The notes below the pieces were generated by a model. It had not been told where the DNA came from, did no database searches, and saw only the letters and a list, made by a program, of their open reading frames with translations. From the NCBI GenBank assembly GCA_963744145.1, contig CAVUSO010000001.1, forward strand, positions 3,744,001-3,808,000: a stretch of 64,000 nucleotides of DNA, in the 5' to 3' direction. Each line of letters starts with the position of its first letter. Positions within the stretch are counted from its first letter, which is position 1. The position numbers and the translations under genes were made by a program. This document shows, in pieces, positions 21,231 through 31,300 of the stretch. Source of the stretch: an uncultured cyanobacterium (GTDB lineage: Bacteria > Cyanobacteriota > Cyanobacteriia > Cyanobacteriales > CAWUOF01).

Positions 21231-21962
21231 TTAAGGTTGTTGAGGAATAGATGGTGCTTGGATAGTGCAAGGGAGTTGATCACATTTTTGTTCAGAAAGT
21301 TTGTCAAGATAAGGTTCTTGCCAACTTAAAGGTATTTCTAATAGGGACTTTGCGCCGGTCATTCCCACTCCGAAAAATATTAGTAGTGCCAGGGAATTAA
21401 GAATAATATGAACATTGCGCCATCGGTTGGTTTTATCTTGGTATATTTCTGGTAAAATTGCTAAGGAAAAAATCATAAGTAATGCGACAATAATACCATA
21501 GTAATAGTGGGAAAAATACCATTCTTCGGTGTTACGATAAACCCCATCTTGACAACCTAGTCCAATTAAAGATATTCCTGCTAAACTAGCAAATATCCAA
21601 CGCCACAAACGTTTTTTTGCTCGATAGAGAAGAACAAAACATGCGATCGCTACTATAAATGTTAGCTCAATGAATAGCACTTGAAATAATTTTTTTTCCC
21701 AAAGATGTTGAGCAAAAACATTACTAAAGATATCATTGGCTAAAGCTACTAAGACAATCCCAACTACAGAGCTGGTTAACCAACGACCAATCTGTACATG
21801 TTCAGGTCCAGCAGGAGGGATTTTACTTTTACCTTCAGTTAGGGTTTGTAAACGACGTTCACGAACTTGTAAAGCACGATTAGCTACAATCCCAATTAGC
21901 GGAAAAACCACACTAACTGCAATTACCGGATGGATGAGTAAAATAATATCTTTAAGTTCCAT
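21231..21962 (-). CDS. DUF4079-like membrane protein
   Basis: Several TM helices with conserved His (LIHP, EHVQIG, SHYYYG, VHIILN). Confidence 0.7.
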   Translation of the reverse strand: MELKDIILLIHPVIAVSVVFPLIGIVANRALQVRERRLQTLTEGKSKIPPAGPEHVQIGRWLTSSVVGIVLVALANDIFSNVFAQHLWEKKLFQVLFIELTFIVAIACFVLLYRAKKRLWRWIFASLAGISLIGLGCQDGVYRNTEEWYFSHYYYGIIVALLMIFSLAILPEIYQDKTNRWRNVHIILNSLALLIFFGVGMTGAKSLLEIPLSWQEPYLDKLSEQKCDQLPCTIQAPSIPQQP

Positions 21963-21998
21963 AAAAAACCTCGTTCAAAAAATCTGTTGGGTGTTTAA

Positions 21999-22135
21999 TA
22001 CCAATTTAATGTAAAGTTGCACAGCTCTCGATCCCCCTCGCATCCCCCTTAAAAAGGGGGACTTTCAATTCTTACTCCCCCTTTTTAAGGGGGTTGGGGG
22101 GATCGGATTATATGCAACTTCATCAAAAATTGGTA
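21999..22135. mobile_element. MITE with TACCAATT termini carrying a CCCCCTTAAAAAGGGGG-type internal palindrome
   Basis: taccaatttaatgtaaagttgc ... gcaacttcatcaaaaattggta; TAA on both flanks. Confidence 0.7.
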
Positions 22136-22190
22136 TAAGGTGTTAAGTTGGAGGAGATTCCTGCTCCCTGACACCTAATCACTATTAAAA

Positions 22191-22568
22191 CTATTTCACT
22201 TCCGATGGGTCAAATTGGTCGATTCTTCCTTTTTTAACAGCAACAACAACATCGTAAGTTGTACAATAAGAAAAGGTAACATTATTTTCTTTGTTATATA
22301 GATTGACTACATGCCCAGCACCCCCAGGTTGAATACCAATCGGCTCTAAGTCTCCAAAAAAGAAACGACGTAGTTGATCTCCACCACCAAACACACCTTT
22401 ATTTTTGGTAATTAGATCAATTTTTTGTTGATCAGTTAAACCTGTAGCATCTTTCATTTCGTGAGCAGATGCTTGGACAAGTTGAGGATTAATTAATTTG
22501 AAAGGAGCATCCCAAACTGTCACTAAACCAGTTAAAGCGATCGCGGCTAATACAGAGCTGAGTTTCAT
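22191..22568 (-). CDS. Hypothetical exported protein
   Basis: Signal-peptide-like N-terminus; first gene divergent from the response regulator. Confidence 0.7.
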   Translation of the reverse strand: MKLSSVLAAIALTGLVTVWDAPFKLINPQLVQASAHEMKDATGLTDQQKIDLITKNKGVFGGGDQLRRFFFGDLEPIGIQPGGAGHVVNLYNKENNVTFSYCTTYDVVVAVKKGRIDQFDPSEVK

Positions 22569-22638
22569 ATTCTAGGTCCTGTGTAATAGGGAGGAAGTTT
22601 TTTCCTGTGCTTGACTATCCCTATAATTTCACCCAGAC

Positions 22639-22730
22639 TTGAACCTGATCTGAAATCAACCTAGAAATTACCTAAGTTTAGCCTGGTAAAAATATCAGGT
22701 TTAACTCAGCGTTTTCTCAGATAAGATCAG
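22639..22730. promoter_or_regulatory. Putative OmpR-type tandem binding arrays in a divergent promoter
   Basis: CT(G/A)(A/G) at 22650, 22661, 22672, 22683 and TCAG at 22695, 22706, 22717, 22727 (10-11 bp spacing). Confidence 0.45.
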
Positions 22731-22770
22731 AGCGGGTATATATTTGTCCTAGATTTTCTGGACTATCCGC

Positions 22771-23448
22771 ATGACAGCACATATTCTTTTGATTGAGGAT
22801 GAAGTAAAATTGGCCCGATTTGTCGAGCTAGAATTACTCAGTGAAGGTTATCGATTGAGTATCGCTCATGATGGGATCGCTGGGTTGACTTTAGCACGAG
22901 AGTTATCCCCCGAATTAGTGATTTTGGACTGGATGTTACCTGGGTTATCTGGGGTAGAAGTATGTCGTCGTCTCCGAGCTACTGGTGATAAAGTCCCCAT
23001 AATTCTATTAACAGCAAAAGATGAAGTAAGCGATCGCGTGACTGGATTAGATGCTGGAGCTGATGATTATGTGGTCAAACCCTTCAGTATCGAAGAACTT
23101 TTAGCGAGAATTCGCGCTCATCTCCGTCGTACCCAAGAACCCAATTTAGATCTATTATCTTTTGCTGACTTAACCCTGAATCGTCGAACTCGGGAAGTTT
23201 TTCGAGGTGAACGGGCGATCGAGTTAACCGCAAAAGAATTTGAATTACTCGATTATTTAATGACCAATTCCCGACAAGTATTGACAAAAAACCAAATTTT
23301 AGAGCGGGTTTGGGGTTATGATTTTATGGGAGATACAAATAGCGTCGAAGTATATATTCGTTACTTGCGCCTAAAATTAGAAGAAAATCACGAAAAACGC
23401 TTAATTCATACGATGCGAGGTGTGGGTTATGTGATCAAAGAGCAATAA
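22771..23448 (+). CDS. OmpR-family response regulator
   Basis: LLIEDE, ILDWMLPG, GADDYVVKPF, VEVYIRYLR, HTMRGVGY. Confidence 0.95.
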   Translation: MTAHILLIEDEVKLARFVELELLSEGYRLSIAHDGIAGLTLARELSPELVILDWMLPGLSGVEVCRRLRATGDKVPIILLTAKDEVSDRVTGLDAGADDYVVKPFSIEELLARIRAHLRRTQEPNLDLLSFADLTLNRRTREVFRGERAIELTAKEFELLDYLMTNSRQVLTKNQILERVWGYDFMGDTNSVEVYIRYLRLKLEENHEKRLIHTMRGVGYVIKEQ

Positions 23449-23503
23449 TAATTTTTCAGGAAGGTTACAAAATTGGTAGTGCCAAAGATGTAGTGAAAAA
23501 TTT

Positions 23504-24249
23504 TTAAACAGATAAAGACATATTATAGTGATGAATGAAATACCAGATCGGTGCGATCTGGTTTTCCAGTTTTTTTGAAAAAGAAAGACTTTCTCTAACT
23601 AATCGAGAAATTCTTTGACGCATCGTGTTATTAAAACGTTCAATATGATTAGTTTTTCCCGTTTCTTTACCAACAGGTTTATGACGTTTTTGGGGACAAA
23701 TTTTCCCATAAGCTGCCCAAAAATCAGGATAACAAACAGCACATTGACGATAAACTGGTGGCAAAGATTGCCACAATTTTTTTGCGCCTTCTTCACTCCG
23801 ATCACCAATATGAACACCAACAATTTCGCGAGGGTCTTTATCTAATGCCAACCAAATCCACTGTTTATTATTTTTATTTTGAACAAATGACCAAGCTTCA
23901 TCACATTCAATCGTTAATTTCCCCCTTTTTTTTCCGGAAGTACGGGCGTATTGCAATACGCATCTACACCTGTTGAGGAATTTTTGCATATTTGTCATTA
24001 ACGTATTTTTGTAACCAAGTTTCTGACACCCCAACAGCACGAGCAATTCCAGAAGAGCGGAATTTTTTCTAGCAAAAGTCGATCAATTAATTCTTTAATT
24101 TCAGTAGAAATTACCTTCTTAGTGGGATTTTCAATAAACTGTCTTTTACAGTTTTGGCACTGGTATTTCTGCTTTTTATTATGAATTCTACCATTTTTGA
24201 CCACATGGCTAGAACCACAATTAGGACAACTAGGTTTTTCGTTTGACAT
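23504..24249 (-). pseudogene. IS1 transposase insAB, disrupted
   Basis: InsA Zn-finger CPNCGS..CQNC; InsB CDEAWSFV, TNHIERFNNTMRQR; apparent extra base near 24055 and a palindrome with a stop in the restored InsA frame near 23940-23967. Confidence 0.85.
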
Positions 24250-24292
24250 CCTGTAATAAACCGAGAAAATTAATTAGATTATTTTCAGATTA

Positions 24293-24536
24293 TACCAATT
24301 CACCATGAAGATACATTGATGTATATTGATCTGTGGGTGAGGGTGGGTTTTGATGATTAGTAGGTAAATGTCAAACATCTCGGTGAACCCACCCCTACAG
24401 AAATCCGCAAATTGAGGATAAAACTGGTAGGGGCAGGTTCACCAGTCAATTTTGCCACCAACAGATCACCATTATAAACCTGCCCTGGCCTAACAGATCA
24501 ACCTCAGATTAAGTGCAATTTCATAGTTAATTGGTA
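24293..24536. mobile_element. MITE with TACCAATT termini containing two GTAGGGG/CCCCTAC REP-like hairpins
   Basis: taccaatt...aattggta with TTA on both flanks; internal gggtgggtt..aacccacccctac and gtaggggcaggtt..aacctgccc. Confidence 0.75.
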
Positions 24537-24685
24537 TTAGCAGATTTTTCTCCAAATTAGGATGAGGAAATTCTATCTACTTAATCTAAATTAATAATAA
24601 TTATTAATAGGAAGATTCATAATTAAGTAATAACAAGTAAATTTGAACAGGAAAATTTGCTCATCACTACATCTTTGGCACTACC

Positions 24686-24971
24686 GGCTTCTGGCAGTTC
24701 ATCAGACAAGACCATCAAACTGTGGAATCTCGAGACGGGAAAGGAAATCCGCACCCTCACTGGGCATACTAACGATGTCGTGAGCGTGAGGTTTAGCCCC
24801 GATGACCAGACTTTGGCTTCTGGCAGTTCAGACAATACCATCAAACTGTGGACTTGGGATTTTGATAAACTAATGGCATCAGGTTGCAAGTGGATCAGTT
24901 ATTATCTTATAACAAATCCTAAAGCGACAGAAGAAGATAAACAGATGTGTTCTGATTACCTGAAGCAATAA
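24686..24971 (+). pseudogene. 3' remnant of a WD40-repeat protein gene
   Basis: ASGSSSDKTIKLWNLETGKEIRTLTGH...ASGSSDNTIKLW; begins exactly at the IS1 end. Confidence 0.85.
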
Positions 24972-25003
24972 ATTCCTTTTAAAATCAGGTTATGTATCTT
25001 TAA

Positions 25004-25339
25004 ATGAATCCTAACAACCATGATAAACTCAATTATACAATAGATCGGTATGAACAAATATTATTTAAGGGATACACAGAGCTAGAAATAGAAGAAATTA
25101 AAAGCCTCATGGTAAAATGGGATCAAGCTACCTATCCCACTTTAGCCAATAGTATTGTTGATCATGCTGATAGACACGGATTTGCTGATAATTATTTAAA
25201 ATATTTAAGAAAAGCAGATAATTTTAGCAAAAAAGGGGCACGAAAGAAACTCTTACCTGATGGAGCATCTCGATGGAATAAAGGCACTGAATTTATCATA
25301 GAAAGAAATGGAAAGATAATATCTTACGGAGAAAACTAA
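25004..25339 (+). CDS. Hypothetical protein resembling a polymorphic-toxin nuclease tip
   Basis: 111 aa; W..ATY..SIVDHADRHG...YLRKADNF pattern. Confidence 0.55.
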   Translation: MNPNNHDKLNYTIDRYEQILFKGYTELEIEEIKSLMVKWDQATYPTLANSIVDHADRHGFADNYLKYLRKADNFSKKGARKKLLPDGASRWNKGTEFIIERNGKIISYGEN

Positions 25340-25344
25340 AAAGT

Positions 25345-25752
25345 ATGAAGGAATTAGAACTAACCAATAAATCGGAACAAGTGAAAACCGCCAAAGAATA
25401 TATCGAGCAAGTTTTACAACAATTGCTAACTGATTTTCAAGCAACTAAAATAGAAAGAGATGAACTAGCATTATGGGAAGAATCACAAGAGTTTACAATA
25501 CTAGGTGTGATCGAAATTTTCACCACCGATATTCGCGGATACACCTATCAAGTCATCGCTAGTAATAATTTAGACAATAACCAAAAAATTTTAGATAATT
25601 TAGACGGATTAAAAATATTTGATATCCCCTATTTTGCTCAGTGGTACTTTTCTTCTGAATTGAATTATCCACAAATAAAACGCTATGTGGGAACATTGAA
25701 TTATTTGCGCTTATTAATGATCGAATATCTAGCGCGAATGCTGAATTTTTAG
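25345..25752 (+). CDS. Hypothetical acidic protein (candidate immunity protein)
   Basis: 135 aa, 5 bp after the previous ORF. Confidence 0.55.
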   Translation: MKELELTNKSEQVKTAKEYIEQVLQQLLTDFQATKIERDELALWEESQEFTILGVIEIFTTDIRGYTYQVIASNNLDNNQKILDNLDGLKIFDIPYFAQWYFSSELNYPQIKRYVGTLNYLRLLMIEYLARMLNF

Positions 25753-25917
25753 CTTATGATGCGATTACCATATAACCTGTTGTAGGGTATCAATAAAATC
25801 CGTTGTAATGGGTAGAAATTAGCTTCGGGCGATCGCTGTGGATATTACTGCGATCGCGCTCAACCAAATATACCCCAATGTGTTGAAATTATTTGCTGGC
25901 GATCGCCATATCATTAC

Positions 25918-26118
25918 CTAGGAAATTTCTAATTCTACTTTTTTTAAATCAGCAAAAGTAACTCTACTTTTAACTTTTAAAATTTCAATACCTACAACCT
26001 GATTTTGGTCATTAAAATCTAAGATAATCCCAGGCTTTACTTCTTCAGAGTCAACAATTTTTGAGTCATAGAGCCGTAGATAAAGAGCATCTGATTGTTC
26101 ATCAAAATGTATTTTCAT
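25918..26118 (-). CDS. DUF2283 domain protein
   Basis: MKIHFDEQSDALYLRL...EEVKPGIILDF...VVGIEIL; ATG 26118. Confidence 0.85.
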   Translation of the reverse strand: MKIHFDEQSDALYLRLYDSKIVDSEEVKPGIILDFNDQNQVVGIEILKVKSRVTFADLKKVELEIS

Positions 26119-26277
26119 AGTCAGGATAACTCGAAAAGATTTATGCATGCGATCGCATTATAGCTTAATAGGAGTAATCTTGGCAAGTATATTGCTATAC
26201 TAGAAGCATCGAAACATCCTATCGTTGTATCTGTCGCACTCCTATCGTCAGTTTCAACTTATTCCCTATACCCTTTT

Positions 26278-26619
26278 ATGGTAACAATTGAAATCAGACA
26301 ACTCGATATTCCCGCTGGACAACAATTATTGTTGCACGATATTAGCTGGCAAAAATTTGAAGCCATTCTTGAAGAATTTGGCGATCGCCGCTCTACCAGA
26401 TTAGCATATTTTCAAGGAACACTGGAGATGGCAATGCCATTACCAGAACATGAGGTTGATCAAGAACTCATTGGTGATATGGTGAAAATTTTGCTAGAGG
26501 AACTAGAAATTGATTGTGAATGTTTTGGTTCAACTACCTTTAAGGAAAAAACCAAAAAAATTGGAGTAGAAGCAGATCAATGTTTTTATATATTCCGGCG
26601 ATCGCTAGTGCTAAAATAA
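26278..26619 (+). pseudogene. Truncated Uma2 family gene
   Basis: LHDISWQKFE...RLAYFQGTLE..PLPEHE...FGSTTF...ADQCFYI, then ends near a HIP1 site; C-terminal half missing. Confidence 0.75.
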
Positions 26620-26635
26620 GAAAAAAGAGATAATT

Positions 26636-26979
26636 ATGTCTGAACAGAATTTAATTGATCAGCATCCCCTCAAGGAAGCGATCGCAGATATATTGCGCGA
26701 GATTGAACAAACACCAGAAGAATATTGGCCAAATTTACTTCAGATGATAACACTATTTCGAGAAACTGTGACCATGAAAACTCGATTATCGAATGATCCA
26801 GGGAAAACAGTGGAGCAGAAAATATCAATAGATGAAAGAATCCAAAAAACCAAGGAGCAATTGAATTACTGCGATCGTGGGAAGAGGAGGGAGATGAACA
26901 GGAGCAAACCGAAACTTGGGAATACCTACGTCAAGCACTCGATGAAGACCGTCTTTCTAATCGTCCCTTTTTCCCATGA
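26636..26979 (+). pseudogene. Antitoxin-like protein, frameshifted in an A6 run
   Basis: Adding one A at 26844-26849 gives NQGAIELLRSWEEEGDEQEQTETWEYLRQALDEDRLSNRPFFP*. Confidence 0.6.
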
Positions 26980-26991
26980 CTAATTGTAACT

Positions 26992-28212
26992 ATGCTACCC
27001 ACAGATTTGCTCATGCACCGTCAAAATGGAGAAGCGATCGCACCTAAACGTCTCCAGCTCGATCGTCAAAATTTAGCTTTAGCTCATGATATCATCACTT
27101 GTTTTCAAAATAGTATCGGTGCTACCCAAGCAGAACTAGATCGTCAACTCCTTGAACTTGAAGGAGAAAGTACCGATTATCGGGTCAAACGGGGATTTGC
27201 ACATTTACTCAAAAGTGAATCTTTCAGTACATTTGAAGTCATCAGTCCCCTTGAACCCCAAATATTACGTCAGCGAGTTTTTACTGAAGCTGCTCCCCAT
27301 ATACCCAGTGTTCAATCAACCCAGAATACCCTTAATCAACTAGCAATCCAATTAAGTGAAGAATTAAATCGAGAAGTTCTCCCCATCGAAATCAAAGCTG
27401 GATTATATGCTGATCTCACCGAAAATAAAATCCTCACCCAATTTGAAGCACCTCCAACTGAAGCATTAATCCATCGCTATAATTTATCACAAGTACAAGG
27501 AATATTCTATCGAGCTAGTCAAATTAAAATCAATGCACATCGGAATGTTCCTGGTCAATATAAACTATTATTTCGTTATTTAAAACTATTTCAACTTATG
27601 GCATATATAGAAGGAGATGCTGATTGTGGATTTACTATTACGATTGATGGACCAACCAGTTTATTTAAACCTAGCACTCGTTATGGTTTAGCTATAGCTA
27701 AATTACTACCTGCATTATTGCACGTTACCAAATGGAGTCTCCACGCAACTTTACAACAACGGGACACCTATAGTGGGAATTGGAAAACTGGTCGTTTTAG
27801 TATTGACTCTGAATGTGGATTAGTTAGTCATTATCCACCGGGAAAACCCTATGATAGTATGTTAGAAGCATCATTTGCCGATCGCTGGGAAACTTTAAAA
27901 ACCGCATGGATCTTAGAACGAGAAGTTGATTTAATTCCCATCCCAGGAAGTGTCATGATTCCCGATTTTCGACTGGTACATCCTAATGGACGTATTTTTC
28001 TGTTAGAAATAGTCGGGTATTGGCGACCCGAGTATTTGCAGAAAAAATTTGCTCAAGTTAGAAAAGCTGAATGTGACAATTTAATTTTAGCAATTTCTGA
28101 AAGACTCAACCTAGAAAAAGCTGGAATCAACCTGAAAGACATTCCCGCTAAATTAATTTGGTTTAAGGATAAACTCTTACCGAAAGATGTCTTAGCAGCA
28201 ATAGAAAATTAA
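26992..28212 (+). CDS. DUF790 family protein (predicted PD-(D/E)XK nuclease)
   Basis: MLPTDLL, RYNLSQVQG, IDGPTSLF, YDSMLE, IPDF...LEIVGYWRPEYL. Confidence 0.9.
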   Translation: MLPTDLLMHRQNGEAIAPKRLQLDRQNLALAHDIITCFQNSIGATQAELDRQLLELEGESTDYRVKRGFAHLLKSESFSTFEVISPLEPQILRQRVFTEAAPHIPSVQSTQNTLNQLAIQLSEELNREVLPIEIKAGLYADLTENKILTQFEAPPTEALIHRYNLSQVQGIFYRASQIKINAHRNVPGQYKLLFRYLKLFQLMAYIEGDADCGFTITIDGPTSLFKPSTRYGLAIAKLLPALLHVTKWSLHATLQQRDTYSGNWKTGRFSIDSECGLVSHYPPGKPYDSMLEASFADRWETLKTAWILEREVDLIPIPGSVMIPDFRLVHPNGRIFLLEIVGYWRPEYLQKKFAQVRKAECDNLILAISERLNLEKAGINLKDIPAKLIWFKDKLLPKDVLAAIEN

Positions 28213-28332
28213 TTTAAAAAAGTGATCTCAACTAGAGCTAGATCGTCTAAGATTACTAGGTTCTAAATATGACTACCAAAAATGAGCAAATAGACGCAAA
28301 TATTCAACAACTTTTTAAACATTATCTTAGAT

Positions 28333-31300
28333 TTACGCTCTTAATAAAAGTGCAGCTAAATAAATTTTGATACTGCTAGGTTTCGTTGTTTCATGCAGAA
28401 TTAGATTTAAGTTATTTGTATCTTGCACTAATTCAATCACAAATTTTTCATCATCTAAATTTGACTTATCTCCGTCAGTATAATCTTTTAAAAGTTTCTG
28501 GACTAGTTTGCTTTCTTTCCAAGAATTGAGTTTTTTAATCGTCCCCTTAACTATCCCTCGATCTAAACCATCTGGAAATACAGACATATTGACCCGACGT
28601 TGGATTTTGCTAATTCGTTCCGAGGTAATGTTAATATTTTCTAATGTTTCTGGTTGGGCTAATTCTGCACTACGTTGTTGTTTTAATTTCACCAGTTCTT
28701 GGTAAATTGATTGCAATTCTGTTAGTAAATATTTGATGGAAAATATATTGCTAGTAACTGGAGTTTTGAAACTGGTCGCGATCGCAATTCCATAACCATC
28801 TTTTTCTCCTGTTTGGTTATTCCAATATAGGGTTTGCTGTTGGTTGGTAATTGGTTCACCATTAGGACCGAAATATTTTACAGTTAATGCTACTAATCCA
28901 GTTGGTTCCTGGGGTTCTCCGGTCCGACGACCCACGGTGATGGGGTTTGCTTGGTAGTTTTCACCTAATTTTTTTACCAATTCGCTTAGTTCTTCACTAT
29001 GTAAAATCTCATTTTGAGTATAAAGATCACGATGGGTTTCTTGTTTTTGATAAGCGTCTTCTTGTAAATTACCTTGTTCTATTTTTCTAGCTTTGACTAA
29101 GCTTTGGATAAAATCTACATACCCTGGTAAAATTTCCTCATCGAATAGAGTATCACCATAGATAGAAGCACCTAAATTATTAATGCTAGCAATAGTCGGA
29201 ATCTTGGCTTTTAGGTTAATATCTGTTTTAGTATCCTGGGGAACTAATGCTCCGACTAATTTTTTATGCAAATTTGCTAGTCGAGATGCTTGTCTTAATA
29301 GTTGACTTTCGCTGTTAGCATAATAAATATAAATATGTTCAGTTTGATGCTGTTTAGGTCGGTCAATTCGTCCAATTCTTTGCTCTAAAGTCATGGGATT
29401 CCAAGGTAAGTCAATATTAATTAAGTAGTCTGCATCCTGGAGATTTTGTCCGACTGATAAGGTTTCTGAACCAATTAAGACGTTAATTTCTGCTTCGGGT
29501 TTGGGACGTTCTGTCGGATTTTTACAACTAGCACTGGGTGCAAATAGTCTAAAGATGTTTTGACGATTTGCAGTTGTAGGATTGCTTTTAGGTGGTAGAA
29601 TCTGACCAGGATTGACTTTTTCTGGTTGATCTGCATTGTTGGGATAATAGAGTTTTGTTGATCCGATTAGCATCCCCATTCCTTTAGCTGCGATCGCACG
29701 ATCACGAGTCATATAACGATAATAATCTATGACTGTATCGCTGAATGTGGAAATGAGTAGTACCTTATGACCAAGATTAACTAATTCGCGGACTTTTTTA
29801 GTTACCTGTTGTCTTTTGTGGTCAATGATAAACTCTTCCCTCAGCAGAATTTGAATTTCTTTTAGTTGTTGTAAGTCACTTTCACAATCAGCTAACATTC
29901 GATCGTAAATTTCTTGAGCTTGGTGAGGATTATTCTGTAAAGCATTGGTAGTTATTTCGATCGAACGTTTGAGCTGTTGACGTTTTTGTTGGTTGTCTGC
30001 TTCGTTTTCTTCTTCCTCTTCTTCTTCATAGTCTTCATCCCAGCTTTCCCGATCGTCATCATCTAAGAATTTTTCTGAGGGATCTTTTTGATCTGATTCA
30101 AATTTGTAATGGATGAGTAAAAATTCTTTGAGTCCATCAGCGTCAGGAGAAACTAATTCTAAACGGGATTGCATTTGTTGAATCCGATATCCGAAATTTT
30201 TAATAGTTCGACTGAGAGCATACATACTAGATTCAGCTCTTTGGAGGAAAAAACGACGTTGGTTAGCTAGTAAACTGCGTTGTTCTACATTACTGGTTAA
30301 ATAACGAATAGGATCAGCAAAGGGAATATAAAGATTAGTTTCAAATTGGGTGAAAATTTGGTCTAATGCTTCCTCCGTACTGGGTTCAAATTGGACTGGT
30401 AACCATTCTGCAATTCGTTTAGCATATAGGTTTAAATCTGGGGTTGCTTCTCGGAGCATTTGTCTGGTTCGTTGGAGAAATAGTTCTTTGTAGGTACGAC
30501 GAAATAGTTCTGTATTATCGGTAAAGTTTTCTACCCCAATTTCTCGATTTTGAAACCATTGGGTTACTTCTGGGGGAAATTTTAACTGGTTAAACCCTTG
30601 GGGACGACTTAAGAATGGAGTGAGAATGTTATAAATATCTTCTCGACGGTTATTCCAAGGAGTAGCAGTTAACAGAAGAAAATAACGCTGTCGCTTAGAT
30701 TCGCGATCGCTTGTTTGGATCTGTAAGCAAGTCTTATGGATGCGGTTTTGATAGTTGCGAATACCTTCATGAGCTTCATCAATAATTACTAAATCTGGTC
30801 CACCATAACGATTGAAGTCTGCTAAAAAGTTACTTCCTTTACGACTCATGAGGTTTTTATTATATAGTTCATAGTCTTTGGGTTGAAATCCTAATTCAGC
30901 TAATTCTCTTTCCCAGTTGGAGTGCAGTTTTTTAGCAGCAATAATTGCTATTTTGGTTTGACCATTTTGTTGACGATATAATCTTGCAACAGTAGCAGCT
31001 AAACGAGTTTTTCCTAAACCTACAGCATCAGCACAAACCGCGACACCAAAATCCTCCATCACTCTGAGACAATGTTGCGCTCCAGATTTTTGATGTTCAA
31101 ATAAGACGCTTTGATTTAATAGTTCATCCAGTAAATTACTACGTTCTACTCGGAACTGTTGGGGACGTTGTTGTGCTAACCAGTAAAGAAAATCATTCGG
31201 TGTACCATTATTACCAGCTAAAATCATTTCTACTGCTGATTTAAAACCTTCAATTTCTGCAAAATCAGGAATTTCTTCCGACTGGGTAACTATGGGTGGT

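Larger units (their letters stand above)
23475..24685 (-). mobile_element. IS1-family element (degraded, enlarged by a nested MITE)
   Basis: Perfect 22-bp terminal IRs ggtagtgccaaagatgtagtga (23475-23496) / tcactacatctttggcactacc (24664-24685) enclosing insA/insB-like ORFs. Confidence 0.9.

Noticed and set aside
24657..24685. Start of a 104-aa WD40 protein as given in the ORF track
   Set aside because: These codons lie in the IS1 end and inverted repeat; the real gene is 5'-truncated
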